Below the pieces are notes generated by a model, which saw only the letters and a program-made list of their open reading frames with translations, had not been told where the DNA came from and did not search any database. A stretch of DNA of 63,238 bases from Gekko japonicus (taxonomy: Eukaryota), in the NCBI RefSeq assembly GCF_001447785.1, contig NW_015160882.1, forward strand, positions 151,916 to 215,153, in the 5' to 3' direction. This document shows positions 1 through 13,120 of this stretch, in pieces. The position numbers and the translations under genes were made by a program. The first letter of the stretch is position 1, and the number at the start of each line of letters is the position of its first letter.

Positions 1-1048
1 CATGCTACCTGCAGCAAGACGCTTCAATAAAGGACATAAATGGAAGTAGTCCTCTGTTCACATGAATGCCATATTCTTAGGACCAGAAATGTTTAGAACA
101 GGATCAGCCTGCCGTGTTTGAAAGTCAACAAGATATGGTATCTGCAATGCAGCATACTTCTAACGTGGCACAGATGACAGAACTGTGGAAACACTGGATT
201 GCTTCAGAATATGTTTCAGCATTGGGGACCCATAACATGGCCTCAACTCTAAGGTAAGAAAAACAGTTCAGCAGCACCCTGATAAAGCACAGGAATCGTA
301 ACATTAACTTGTAGTTCTTTAGCTGTAAACATTACTTACTTTATGAGGGTAAAAGGCAATTAAAATATGAAGAAAACATCAATATAAAAACTTATGCAGG
401 AACATGGAACAAGAGTAAGTCAAACTATACATAGTGGCTTCAGGAAGTCTATTGGCTAGGAGAGAATCAATTATTTACTTTGCACAGTTTAATGCAAGCT
501 TAATTGCTTTAATTAACAAATGTAATTAAGTTAATTGATGTTATTAAAGTTACTATAATCCATGATTTGATTATGGACAAAGTGCTGATTTTAATCTACA
601 AGCCCAGAATGCTTAGGAACCCTCCACCCTAAGGGACTCCCAGTTTTGCCACAGTGACCATATCGGTTTAAGTGGGGAGGGTTGAATAGCAAAGGTCTAG
701 AATATTTTAATTCATTCCTGAGAAATCCAAGTTTCTTGTATTTTTAAGCCAACAGCAGTCCAGAGAAGTGGCTAGGAGCATGATTGCCTTGATCACTAGA
801 CTTTTGCACTCAGTTTTAAGAGTGGATACTGCATATAAAACTTTCTCCCCTTTTAAAAAAGCATTTTGTAAGAAGCAAAACTCTACCTATTAAGCAAAAC
901 ATGTAACAGCACAGCAAAATTCCTTTTAGGTATGAAAATGGATCCAAGTGCTATTGCCATGAACTAAACAAATACTCCGGTGCTATCTGTATACATTTAT
1001 TTTGTGTTCAAAATAAAATCAAAAGTATTTTGATTCATTTTTATATTA

Positions 1049-1266
1049 GGTAAAGGTAAAGGTTCCCTTGCTCGAAAGCCAGTCGAATCCGACTCTAGGG
1101 TTGCGGTGCTCATCTCCGTTTCAAAGCTGAAGAGCCAGCACTGCCCGAAGACATTTCCGTGGTCATGTGGCCGGCATGACTAAACACCAAGGCACACGGA
1201 ATGCTGTTACCTTCCCACTGAAGTGGTACCTATTTATCTACTTGCAATTTCTTGCGTTCAAACTGC
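1049..1266 (-). mobile_element. Sauria SINE (Squam1), 5'-truncated
   Basis: GGTAAAGGTAAAGG is the reverse of the (ACCTTT)n tail. The body is shared with four other copies here. TSD TATATTA at 1042-1048 and 1267-1273. Confidence 0.88.
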
Positions 1267-2041
1267 TATATTACAAGTCAACTTAAAACCAAAAGCTCTA
1301 CTTAAGTTTTATGTAAAATATAAAATCCAATAAATCATCTAAAAAAATTCTTCAACTGAATTAAATCCACTCCAAGAACTAAAGCTCAACAGATGAAAAC
1401 AGCAGTTCACCAACAGTGTGTTAAAATATCAACTGGCCTCCAATGGAAGTGGACAATACGTCACTAAAAATTCTAGAACAATATTGGTAGAACTACAATG
1501 CTAAAGCAAACAGAGGTAAACTTGGTATTCATAGACCATAACATCAGGTATTTCACAATTACTGGCTTAAATTAAAAACAAATTTATATGTTACAATTCC
1601 CATATTTCCCCACAAAAGCACCCACAGTTAACCTTTAATCTGTACTGATTACCGTTTGTTACAGAAGTAGAACTTTTTATCCATACAAATTACTACTTTG
1701 TTTTAGCTATGATGTATTGCTCTCATTGTAGACAAAATGAACATGAGCTCTTCAATAGAACTAGTTATGTACTTTTAAGAAATTCATTGTCTTTAAAAGC
1801 ATTTCACTCATTCCAAAAGAAAAAAAAAGGTTTTTCCCCAGTGTCCCCGAAATTTCCCATCACATCTGTAGGCAGATCATTACAGAATTGGCATCCTGGT
1901 GGGTGATTAGGAAAACACAGTCTTCCCTTTGTACTTGATGATGCTTTCTAGTCTTTTGGATATATAAAATACTATTCACAACTTGAACAGTGAATCTTTG
2001 TTTTTTTCTAAGAGCATCTCCAATCCAGTATGTTCTACAGG

Positions 2042-2247
2042 CAATATTCCCTCTAAGCTATGGAGCCCTGTGAGCAAAAATTCTACTTTGTGAGCTATTG
2101 GGATTAAAGCTGTGAGCAGGAGATTTGGCTCCTGCATAAATTAGTTTGTTCTGGAGCCCTCCTTCCTGAGCCAAGACAAAAATGTGTGAGCCAGAGGCTA
2201 AAAAACTGTGAGCTAGCTCACACTAACTCAGCTTAGAGGGAACACTG
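2042..2247. mobile_element. hAT-type non-autonomous MITE (206 bp)
   Basis: TIRs CAATATTCCCTCTAAGCT / AGCTTAGAGGGAACACTG. Perfect 8-bp TSD TCTACAGG at 2034-2041 and 2248-2255. A second copy lies at 38376-38579. Confidence 0.9.
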
Positions 2248-3294
2248 TCTACAGGTGATAGTGCTTTTGACTCAGCTAACATACACAGTGTCCATGATTT
2301 TTGGAGTAAGTTGTGGCATTTCTGTCTCCAGTGGCTGAGAAAGACATGTAATGAAGTCTAGACTATGACTCAGAAAAGAGTTATCCTGCTCTACAGCGAC
2401 ATGACCTGTTAAATCCAAGAAGCAGTCTTCTTCAGAGGTAGCACAGACATGGTCCGATTTCCAAGCAATGCTTTCATATATTTACACAGATATTGGGAAT
2501 AAGAAGGACAACACCACAGCAATTCTACAAAAAATGTGGTGGTGTAATGGGAATTTTACACAGTAATCAAATGAAAGGAAAAAAGGGTTTTTGAAAGTCA
2601 ACAAACATATTGCAACATGTGATTTTTTTTTAAACTCATTCTACTGTCAGAATGCCTTGGCTTTCATATTGGGCTGGGGCTCCCTCTGGCCTTGTTCTCA
2701 GATATGTCAAGTTCGACTTATGAAAACTGGCTTTTAGATTTAACCACAGGAAAGACATCATAGTTGTTTTTGCCTTTCAGACTGCAGCCGAAAACCAAAA
2801 CCCTCCATATTCTATGACAAAACAAGCTTAATCAGGGCAGGAACTTCAAAAAGGTTAACAGAAATAAGGGTGGAGCACAAAGTGGAATCCAACTGCACTG
2901 GCTTTCCCATTCCCTACACTGCTTGGGTCTGTAGAAATGTGATCTTTGAGTGGGATATGAAAACACCAAGTGCAAATATACATAATGAACACAGAAAAGG
3001 TGACATGTAGTGTTCAGCCAGTCTCTGCATACATTGAAGCTCATTCTGAACCCATTAAAATAAGCGATAAGACCCTTCTAAAACTAAAGGTATCCATATT
3101 TTCATTTTATTTGCAAACTGTAGAATCTGGGAAGGTATAGCATTCTAAACACAGCAAACTGCTCCTATTGATCCAGGCCATCCTCTAGAACAAAATTCCA
3201 AGCCCAGCAGCTAGATCCAAGACACACAATTTTTCTGCCACATAGAGAGGAAAAGCTTTAGAATGCTTAAATAAATGAAGGAGTATGTTGTTTA

Positions 3295-3633
3295 GGTAAA
3301 GGTAAAGGTTTCCCTTGCTCGAAAGCCAGTCGAATCCAACTCTAGGGATGTGGTGCTCATCTCCATTTCCAAGCCAAAGAGCCAGCGCTGTCCAGAGACG
3401 TTTCCGTGGTCATGAGGCCAGCATGACTAGACACCAAGGCGCATGGAACACTGTTACCTTCCCACTGAAGTGGTACCTATTTATCTACCTGCAAGTTCTT
3501 GCTTTCAAGTTGCTAGGTTGGCAGGAGCTGGGGCCAGAGATGGGAGCTCACTCCGTCTTGCGGCACTCGGGTCTTGAACTGCTGAACTACCGACCTTCCG
3601 GTCTGCAGCTCAGCATCTTAACCACTTGAGCCA
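3295..3633 (-). mobile_element. Sauria SINE, near full length
   Basis: Reverse (ACCTTT)n tail at the left; tRNA-like head (reverse of GGCTCAAGTGGTTAAG) at the right. Confidence 0.88.
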
Positions 3634-3639
3634 GGACAG

Positions 3640-4620
3640 CATCTTCAGATATTTGGGGTAGGGAGGTATCAGGGGATGAGCATGAGACTGGTTCAAATCA
3701 GGGTCAAAGGTTTGCTGTCGGAGATCAATCATCAATTAGGGTCCCCTAGCCCCATACAATTCAACTTCATAGTTTTGGGACTGGCTGTCATCAATATTCT
3801 GAGGACACCCAGTTCTCTATCGCATCTAAATTTTCTGGTGATGTGTCGCTGCCTGTCTGCTGTGGTCGAATGGCTCAGAGTGAACAAATTGAAACTAAAT
3901 CCTGATATTTCAGAGGTACAGCCTGGTCAGGAAGACAGAGATCTTCAAGGCTACCATGCTTTCCACTTTTGATAGGTTTCAGCTGACTCTTGCTGACTTG
4001 GTTAAAAACACGTAGGGGCTATAGTAAAGGTAAAGGTTCCCTTGCTTGAAAATCAGTCGAATCAGACTAGGGTTGCAGTGCTCATCTCAGTTTCAAAGCC
4101 GAAGAGCCAGCGCTGTCTGAGGACGTTTCCGTGGTCATGTGGCCGGCATGACTAAACACCAAGGCGCACGGAACGCTGTTACCTTCCCACCATCTACTTC
4201 CCACTATCTACTTGCAATTTCTTGCTTTCGAACTGCTAGGTTGGCAGGAGCTGGAACTAGAGATGGGAGCTCACTCCATCATGCCGCACCCGGGTCTCGA
4301 ACTGCTGAACTACTGACCTTCCACAGCCTGCAATTCAGCGTCTTAACCACTTGAGCCACCGCAGCTATAGGCTATACTGGATCCAAAATTACTGCTGAAA
4401 AAGCAAGTTAATGCAGCTGCAAAAATGTTTTCTTCCAACACAGTCTAGCCTGGAATATGGCTCCCTACCCTGAAAGGGCTGATCTGACCACCTGGATCCA
4501 TGCCATGGTAACATCGAGACTTACTACTGTAATACTTCGTCATAAGTGGTCTCTGCTTGAAGTCAACTCAGAGACTCCAGTTGATGTAGAATGGCACATC
4601 TCAGTTATTATAAGGAACTA
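3640..4620 (+). mobile_element. Degenerate L2/CR1-group LINE ORF2 fragment, interrupted by a Sauria SINE
   Basis: ORF 3676..3972 contains LSAVVEWLRVNKLKLNPDISEV, a post-RT motif of L2-type LINEs. L2-like sequence resumes after 4365. Confidence 0.65.
4024..4364 (-). mobile_element. Sauria SINE nested in the L2 fragment
   Basis: Same tail, body and head as the other copies; GGCTATA repeated on both flanks. Confidence 0.88.
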
Positions 4621-5469
4621 GGGGAAGTATGCATATTAGCAAGTATTTGATAGCGTTAGCAAGAATGGTAGCATTTATACCTTGCTCAGGAGTAATTAAG
4701 GCATTCTTTGTCGGCCACATTTTTCAAGGTGTGTATTTTACAAGTCAAATTAAAAATTTCCTTACCATTAAATCAGTGTCTTGTTGTGGTTAGTTTGCCC
4801 CCCCCCAATAAAAAGCCAGGAAAAGTGTGATTTGAAGAAAACTCTTTTAAAGAAACAGATTGTTCAGTTTCCAGAAGGACTAAACTGGCATCTCTCTATA
4901 AGTGTCTGCTAGTGGTTAGCAGAAAACAGTTCTTATTTTTATTGGGAATTGTGAAACACGACTGGAAAGGTAAAAACCTTACTGAGAGCTAGTGACTTGG
5001 GACCTATGCCAACAGAATGGCCACGGTAATAATAAACATCATTACAATCTACTTCTCCTTGTACATTTTGTACCAGCCATTCATGTCAAATACAATCAAT
5101 CAATCTGGTCTGTTAGAGACTCATTTCGAACTTGCATACAAATATTAAACACATGTCAGCCAATGAAAAATCTTGATATATAGCTTTAACAACATGAAAA
5201 TTCATGTATAAATCATTCCTCAAGCACGAGTGCTAAACTATAAATGCCACAGGTGTTTAAATAATATTGCAAATAGCAATTCTTTTATGAAAAAAAATTG
5301 CTTACAGAAAAATTCCTTATTTAACCCTGGTACATGATACATTAATAAAAACTCTTGCCATATAAACAATACAGAGTAGCCGAAATACAAGGTAAGTATA
5401 GTCTCTAGCAAGAATAAAGAATTTCCTGCAATGAAGATGCTACCATAAAAAAACTGAATTTGCAGTAAA

Positions 5470-5538
5470 TTTTAGTTTAGTTTAGTAAAGTTTTAGTTTA
5501 GTAAAGATTTAGCAGTAAGTTTTAGTTTAGTAAAGATT
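5470..5538. repeat. Low-complexity (TTTAG)n/TTTAGTAAAG repeat
   Basis: Repeated ttttagtttagtaaag units. Confidence 0.7.
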
Positions 5539-7609
5539 AAAATGTTCTGACACCACTCTTGTGATTCTGTGACAGCATATCTTACCCCACTGTTAAGAAC
5601 TCAACACTGGCCCAACTGCTAGTATGCTGCCAACCATGAGGGATGCTGTGACAGTACTATTCCCAATAAGGGTTTCTATACTGTTCTCCTGTAGTAATGG
5701 ATTTCTTAAAATGTCTTTGTCCACTTCTCAGTACCAGATGTAGCTTCAGTTGACAGAGTGATAACTACAGTGTCTGTTGTAGCAGCTGAAGTTGATTCAT
5801 AGGATCAGTGTGGCATAAAGACACTGTAACGCTGTGCTATGTAATCAGCAGAAGTCGAATATTCCACTTTTATTGAATTAGATCCCACAGGTCTAATTCA
5901 CACAGCCAAATTTGTCATTCTACTATAAACCACATGCAATGGAACTTATTTCAAAGGTAAGTGAATTTAGGATCACTGCCTGGGAGTATTAAAGTTGTCA
6001 TGTTCCTGCTACTGAAATGTAGTGGCTGAGGACACTTAGCATTATTGCTTAAAGATGAGCTGCATAATACTTCAAAGAAATATGTTCTTCCCCAAAGTAA
6101 CACTTAACCTCAGCCTACACCTTTCAAGTTCTCAGGAGACCAAGATCATTTCCATCTAAAGGCAACTGTAACTATTTACAGTTACCATTTTCTTCCAAGT
6201 TGCACCTCTGTATTACAACTGTTAACTCATAACGTAACTTTGCCATTAACTTAAATAGGAGGTGATTGTATGTTAACAAACATACAATTGCCACCTGTTG
6301 AAGTCAGTGGCAAAGTTCCCTTGTTAGTTGAATAGAGCATATTGTACCAGCTGTTAAACCTTATATAAAGGTCTCCCTCATTTCAGTTCTTACTTGCAAA
6401 CAACTACCATCCAGACCTGGTGGCAACCTCCAAATGTAGCCTTGCAAATCGTTTACCACCAGCATTGACCCTGAGGGATAAAGGACGGCAACACGGTTGA
6501 TGGAAGATCTCAACATATACCAAGTCAAAATGTGTTTTTGGAACAAAAAAAAAGGTGTCTAACAAGCCAACTTTTCATACCCCATAAATCAATTCATCTG
6601 TATTCTAGAGGGAATTTAGTAATGTACTGACTATATAGAAGGAAGCTTTCGGGGGGTGGGGGGCTCTCTATACTTCTGAATTTATTTTATCCTGAAACTG
6701 AAATGCTTCAATATCAATTAGGACTCACATGTTGCAGCAGTGATAAGGTTGAAAAACAATCTACAGACAATCAAGAACCCAAGCCTGCAAAAGCTGCACC
6801 ATCCTGCTTTATGACTTAAGATATTGGAATATATGGAAGTCATTTGCGTACAAGTGTAGGACCCACAAGAAACTTGTGGGAGTGGCTATCCCATTCCCCC
6901 CATCTTTGACCGCTACCTCTCTCAGTCTCTTACTCTTTTTCTCCCTCCTGACACTCCTTTTCTTATTTTCATGTCTGTCACTTTTTCTCTTTCTGCCCCC
7001 CACCCCATCACTCTCTTTTTCTGCCTCCTGACTTTATCACTCTTTCTTTTTCTGTCTCCCCACCTCATCATTGTTTCTCCTTCTGCCCCCCCACCCAATC
7101 ACTCTTTCTGCTCCCTACCCAATCACTCTTTCTTTCTCTTTCTGCCTGTCCCCCTAGAGAAAATGGCTGCTTTGGAGGGTGGATTCAGTAGCATTATACC
7201 ATGCTGAGGCCTCTCCCCTACCCAAAGTCTGGCCTCCTCAAACTCCACCCCAAAATCTCTAAAAACTTCCTAATCTGGGGCTGGACACAAGAGTCAAGCC
7301 TGGCCTCAATGAATCCTCCCTCAAAAGCCAAAAATAGGCCTGGAGGGCCCTGCCCCCTCCCTTGACCTCATTCACATAACCCCAGCCTGGAATACTGTGA
7401 TTGCCAAGCGACAGCCACTGAGGAAATCTGTTGCTTAAAGCTACAGGTGCTCTATTTATCTTTTTTTTTTTAACTCCCCAATTTTATTTTTAGATTACAC
7501 ATTTTTCTGCACACCTGAGGCCCTTTTTATGTTTGCAGAAAGATCTGTCTTGCTTGTTCACAACTCCAGTTGCCCAATTTAAGTATCCAAAAATTGGCCA
7601 ATTTTGCTA

Positions 7610-8125
7610 TCTCTCCTTATATATAATTGAATAGTGGGTGCCAAAGTTCTAAAATGCACTCCTTTAGTGTATGGACGCTTGAACTGTCAGTCAGAAGACG
7701 CTGGCTGGGTTGACTGGCTGCTTTGTGCAGTCCCGCCCAGCATTTCAAGGTCTTTTGCATATGGAAGCAGACTTCACTGCATTCCACACCTCAAACTCAC
7801 CCCCCTCCCCGCAAGGCAGTTGGAATGTCAGTTGCATATGGAACCTTCAAGGTCTTTTGCATATGGAAGCTGATTGGACTTCACTGCATTCCACACCTCA
7901 AACTCACCCCCCTCCCCGCAAGGCAGTTGGAATGTCAGTTGCATATGGAACCTTCAAGGTCTTTTGCATATGGAAGCTGATTGGACTTCACTGCATTCCA
8001 CACCTCAAACTCACCCCCCTCCCCGCAAGGCAGTTGGAATGTCAGTTGCATATGGAACCTTCAAGGTCTTTTGCATATGGAAGCTGATTGGACTTCACTG
8101 CATTCCACACCTCAAACTCACCCCC
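7610..8125 (+). mobile_element. 5' portion of a non-autonomous Helitron-like element containing a minisatellite
   Basis: Starts A|TCTCTCCTTATATATAATTGAATAGTGGGTGCC, similar to the 5' end of the Helitron at 40389-41021 (TCTTCCTTATAAATAAAAGCCGAATGGTGGTGGC), and shares an internal 28-bp motif with it. No 3' hairpin or CTAG. Confidence 0.6.
7744..8125. repeat. 107-bp tandem repeat, about 3.6 near-identical copies
   Basis: Unit CAAGGTCTTTTGCATATGGAAGCTGATTGGACTTCACTGCATTCCACACCTCAAACTCACCCC...GGAACCTT. Identical ORF starts at 7874 and 7981 give the 107-bp period. Confidence 0.95.
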
Positions 8126-8479
8126 ATTGGCCAATTTTGCTGTTAGAATATAAGATGGGTAACTTGTTGGTGACTGCTATGCTACCAATGTTCTTGGTTC
8201 CAAGTGATAGTAGAGACCATTGTAGAAAGAGAGTCAAAGTTGTTAAAACTATTGCTTTAAATCTAGACACAAACATTAACAGGTGCTAACCCATTATTTA
8301 CATTCTACACGTGGACTTGATAGAACCGCACAATTGCCTTATGTTGTAAAAATTTACTTCTGTTTCCAGTCAGAAGTTGCTTATCTCCTCAGCTGTCAAT
8401 TGATCATCATGACATACAGGTAAACTCCACTGTTACACTGCACTTAACAAATCATTATCAACCAGATGTCCTCCTTTTC

Positions 8480-8780
8480 TTATTTTATTAATATATTGTT
8501 ATTAATATATTTATTCCTTACATTTTCCTTGGGTCTCAAGGAGACTTACAATTCTAAATGAAAATAACCGATACAATAAAACCCCATTAACCTCTCTCCA
8601 AGAAAATGAACATAGCTCAAACCCCATTAAAAGTTACTGCAAATAAAACAAACCTTATAGCACCTCCTAAAAACTTCTAAGGACAGTATCCTGCTGAGGT
8701 AGCCCATTCCGCAGTGTTGGAGCGGCTACTGAAAAAGAATTGGTTCTGGTGGATGCCAGGCTGGCAAGACCATAATGAGG
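8480..8780 (-). mobile_element. Old L2-like LINE 3' end
   Basis: Reverse AT-rich tail followed by sequence resembling an L2 ORF2 C-terminus and 3' UTR. Confidence 0.4.
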
Positions 8781-9501
8781 TGATTACAATGAAACACTTA
8801 GAATTCTTTTACTTCTGCAAACTCAAGATGTTATAAAGTAAGCTATACAAAGTAAGCTATCACACTAGCAGATAATCTTCTGTAGTTATAAGTAGGATCT
8901 CAAGTGAATACTTCTCAGCATTTTAGGGGGGAAATTACATTTAAGGCAAAAATATTAGACTGAATAGACTACTTTCACACTCAAATAAATTAAAAATTAA
9001 ACACATATAGCCTAAATGGAAATGAATTCTAGATGCCTGACCAATGGCCACATACGCTAAGAAATGAATCGACTCATTTAAAGACCAAAATCACATTTTA
9101 GTTCTCAAAAGACTGCTTGTCTGTGTTCCATGAACACAGCTAGCACCATTGAATGCAAGACTCTACTGAAGTTTTGACTGACACTTTGTAATGGCCATCT
9201 TTACTTATACTCTAAGCACCTGAGAATGTCTACAAGGAATTTTCCTATTAAAAACTCACGCTACATTGAACAATATGTCCAACATTTGATTTACCAGCAG
9301 TATGCACACATATACTAAGGGTGCATCACTACTTACAGCACTGTGAAGTCACTAACAGCATGATCCCACTGCACTGATAATTATGCTCATGCCAATTACT
9401 TATGATGTCACAGCATCAGTTGATTGTATCATTTGAAATCTGATGGTAATCCAAAAAGATTTACAGCAGGTCTATGATAATATTTAACTAGCTCTTAAAA
9501 T

Positions 9502-10150
9502 CAGGGTTTCCAATCCCCAGTTGGGGGCAGGGGATCCCCTGGTTTGGAAGCCCTCCTCCTGCTTCAGGGAGGTGCCTTCAAGGGGTGGGGGAATGTCTGC
9601 TGGCACTCCATTATACTCAATGGAGACTGGTTCCCACAGGGTATAATAGAGAAAAGATCCGTGGGTATCTGGGGCTCGGAAGAGGAGCTATTTTTTTAGG
9701 TAGAGGCACCAAAGTCTCAGCATACCAAGTTTCAAAAAGATTGGACCAGGGGATCCAATTCTATGAGCCTCAAAAGAAGGTGCCTCCATTGTTTCCAATG
9801 GAGGGAAAGCATTTAAAAGTAACACAGTCCCTTTAAATGAGATGGCCAGAACTCCCTTTGGAGTTCAATTGTGCTTCTTCCCTCCCCTCTCCCAGAGGAT
9901 CCTGGAAAGAGTATAATGGAGTGCCCAGTGGACATTCCCCCCCCCATAGGCACCTGTAGCTTTAACCAGTTTGTCAGCCTTACCTGGCAACCCTAAATGG
10001 TACCAGTGTGTGTGGCTTGGCTAGAGAATGAGTTGAGAGCAACTACTCAAAAGTGATACCACATCCTTGCTCCTGGCTCCACCCCCAAAAGTCTCCTGGC
10101 TCCACCCCCAAAGTCTCCAGATATTTCCTGAGTCTGACTTAGCAACCCAA
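9502..10150. mobile_element. hAT-like MITE(s) of the TAGGGTTGCCA family
   Basis: Begins CAGGGTTTCCAA. GGCAACCCTA at 9986-9995 and AGCAACCC at about 10141-10148. Related pieces at about 7150-7285, 40600-40705 and 45830-46172. Confidence 0.6.
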
Positions 10151-10259
10151 CTTAAAATGTTTGCGAAAATCCCCATCTTTAACTAGAAAAATGTTCTCAA
10201 TAGCTGTTTGGCACCCTAGAACAGTCTGGCCTAATGTACTATAAACAGGAGACTAGCAT

Positions 10260-10398
10260 TTTATTATTAATAGTATGTCATTGCTTGTGATTGCGATTTT
10301 ACTGATTTTTATTGTATTTTATGTATGGCTTATGCCTCTGTAAGCCGCCCTGAGTCCGTTCGCGGGGTAGGGTGGGGTAGAAATACTTGAATAAATAA
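10260..10398 (+). mobile_element. L2-type 3' tail fragment
   Basis: TGTAAGCCGCCCTGAGTCC...GGGGTAGAAAT followed by (AATA)n. Confidence 0.55.
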
Positions 10399-11344
10399 AA
10401 TAATTAATAAATAAATAAACATGATAGCATAAGAGAGATCAGAGCTTGGGGGAGGGGTGAGAAGATTTCAAAGTTTTGCAGCCAACTTATGATCCACAGG
10501 GAGTAAAAGAATAACCGCCCTACTTGCAAGCAGTCAATTTAAAGCACTACAAGGATAAAGGGGAAATACAGAAACAGTAGCAAAATAACAGGGTGTTCAG
10601 TTGGATGTAGTTGGCTCTACTCTGCCACATACCTTCAAATCACATAGCACATGTGGTCCTCAAAAGCAAAACTGGATGGAACAGTTCAAATATAAATAAC
10701 CCTACATTCTGTGAAATAATTATCCCATGCATCAGAATTGAGGCAGTCAGGGATGTAAAAGACATTCCAGTACAGCGAACCTGGAAAGAAATGAAATAAC
10801 GACCTACAGCACATGGGGATCCAAAGATACCAATGTGAGGGAAAAAACACGAGTGGACTATTTTATTATCCTCTAAAATGCCAGCTTGGGAAAGGGACCA
10901 GGGAGAAGGTAAAATCAGCAACACACATTTAAATTTCCTTATTACAACTAATCTAAGAAAAATAATTTTAAATATAAAAGCTATCTCATTCTGGCAAATT
11001 AAATAAATGTAATGGAGCAATATATGATTCTTGCTGGCACTGTGCAAATGTACAAATCCTACTGCTTGCGATTTCCACACGTGGTATAGAAAAAACTGTG
11101 GGGAGGTTCAGAAGTTCTATGAACTAATATAGTATAACATTAAAATAATTCCGTTCAGATGTTTGGAGCATATCATGCCATTCTTATGATGCCTACTGAA
11201 AAGAAACCTTGTAATCTGGAATGAATTTTGGAAGAATAAATAAAAATAAATAATAATTATCGTATGGCATTGTATCGACTAGCCAGGATCCTAAGATAGT
11301 CTGGCAGCCTGAAAATCTAGCTCTTACGTGGCACGCTAGACTAA

Positions 11345-11471
11345 TTTTGGGGGCTGAGAGAGCTCAAGACCCAAGGTCATCCAGCTGGCTTGATGTGAAG
11401 GAGTGTGGAATTGAACCCGGTTCTCCAGATTAGAGTCCATCGGTCTTAACCACTACACCATACTGGCTCTC
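11345..11471 (-). mobile_element. Squam3-like tRNA-derived SINE fragment
   Basis: Reverse complement of the head GAGAGCCAGTATGGTGTAGTGGTTAAG...CTGGAGAACCGGGTTCAATTCC; similar to the copies at 37465 and 50860. Confidence 0.7.
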
Positions 11472-11864
11472 AAATTAAAAAAAACACACCCTTCCTTACA
11501 AATACATGGAGAAATATAAGAGAAATTGAAGTTTACTTGTTTAACTTTCAAGCAAACATGTCATTTCCCCTAATTCTATGGCCCAAGAGTTATTATCTGC
11601 AGGGATTAATTCTCTTTAGAGAATTAATTATTGTACAAGATTTGTAACACTACGCATGTTCCTGCAATTAGAACTTCTGGCTTTTATGCATCAACATTTT
11701 TTCATTTTTTAAAACCATCACTGCAGATTTGAAAACTCAGTGTTTAGATTTTGTTCATGTAGCTCTGTTATCTCAAGCATGATTCATATTTAAAAATAAT
11801 GGATAGCTCTCCTGTGTGGATCAAAAAAATCTCAAGGAGGTCCCCCCCCCCCCCGGCTAAGGTA

Positions 11865-12650
11865 TTTTTTTCTGAAAACCGGGTATACCTATAATTTTTG
11901 CAAATAAACAAACAAAAACTTTTTAATTCAAATTTTAAATTTTTATAAACAAACAAATCATAATGCAAGTCAATATAGATGTTATGCAATAATTATTACA
12001 CAGCAAATCTAATAAATTGATATAATATAAAACTACTCAAATTAAAACTTACTATATTACAAACAAACATAATCAGCAATAACTAACCAATGAAACATGC
12101 CACCCAATACACCAGCCATAAACTACACAGACCACCCACTGGAGAAACATTAAACTGAAATCAGGTTTTTTGACACCACTTCAATTTACAACAAGTAATC
12201 TAGTATAATGAGTCAAACCTCAGCAAAGTCAGAGCCAGATGCAATTCGTATTTCGTCACCTCATAAGTGATTTTTTCCCATCAGGTATATGTGCCATAGC
12301 TTACAATGCCATAAGCCTAGCATAGGCACCTCCACACTTTTCCAAACTGTAGCTATAGCCGTTTGAGCAGCTACTAAAAGCATGGCAATCAGTTCTTCCC
12401 AGACACTTGGAACTGATTGTTCTGGCCACAAGTTTAGAAACAATGTTTCCAGCGCCATAGTTACTCCAGTAATTAAATACACCTCATGCAGTACCCTTTT
12501 CCAAAACTTCTTGATTTCCCTGCAGTCCCACCAACAATGTACATAAATACCTATCTCGCCACACCCCTTCCGACATTGTGGTGAATATGAACTAGAAATA
12601 TGTGAAAGCTTCTGAGGCATGAAATACCAATGTGGAACAATTTTATATTA
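11865..12650 (-). mobile_element. L1/Tx1-clade LINE 3' fragment (ORF2 C-terminal zinc knuckle and 3' UTR)
   Basis: ORF 12261..12620 has CRKGCGEIGIYVHCWWDC...KKFW, the CX3CX7HX4C knuckle typical of L1 ORF2. The minus strand ends in an A-tract near 11865. Confidence 0.8.
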
Positions 12651-13009
12651 AAAGAAAAATATTAAAAGAAATATTAAAAGAAAAATGGTACATTCTGCAA
12701 AGATGATAACGGATATGACTAAGCACAAGTACTGCTGCAGTGATACAACATACTGAGTAGTGTTTGCATATGTAAAGCAGCTCAAAAATGCTGCACCATG
12801 TAAGGCCTTATATATGTCAGGTGTGAGGACAGGTTGTATGAATGGTAAGACACTCTCTTATCTGTAGCAAAAAACTGTAATGTCTTTGTGAAAATGCACT
12901 GTTTTACACTGATTATGCAACAATGAGATTATCCTGCACCCAACAACGGTAAGAGAACAGGGGGAGAAAATAAACACTACAAATGTAAAGCATGCTGAAT
13001 TAACACCAG

Positions 13010-13120
13010 TGTGTCTGCTTTATACTGAATCAGACCCTTGGTCCATCAAAGTCAGCATCATCTATTCAGACGGGCAGCGGCTCTCCAGGGTCTCAAGCAG
13101 AGGTCTTTCACATCATCTAC
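13010..13120 (-). mobile_element. tRNA-derived SINE 3' fragment (same family as 33343-33530)
   Basis: Reverse match to GATGTGAGAGACCTCTGCCTGAGACCCTG...GACC in the 33343 copy. Confidence 0.6.

Noticed and set aside
7744-8125. CRISPR-like array
   Set aside because: Units are contiguous and identical with no unique spacers, and the context is vertebrate.
7634-8289. Overlapping repetitive ORFs of 79-125 aa
   Set aside because: Artefacts of the 107-bp tandem repeat cycling through reading frames.
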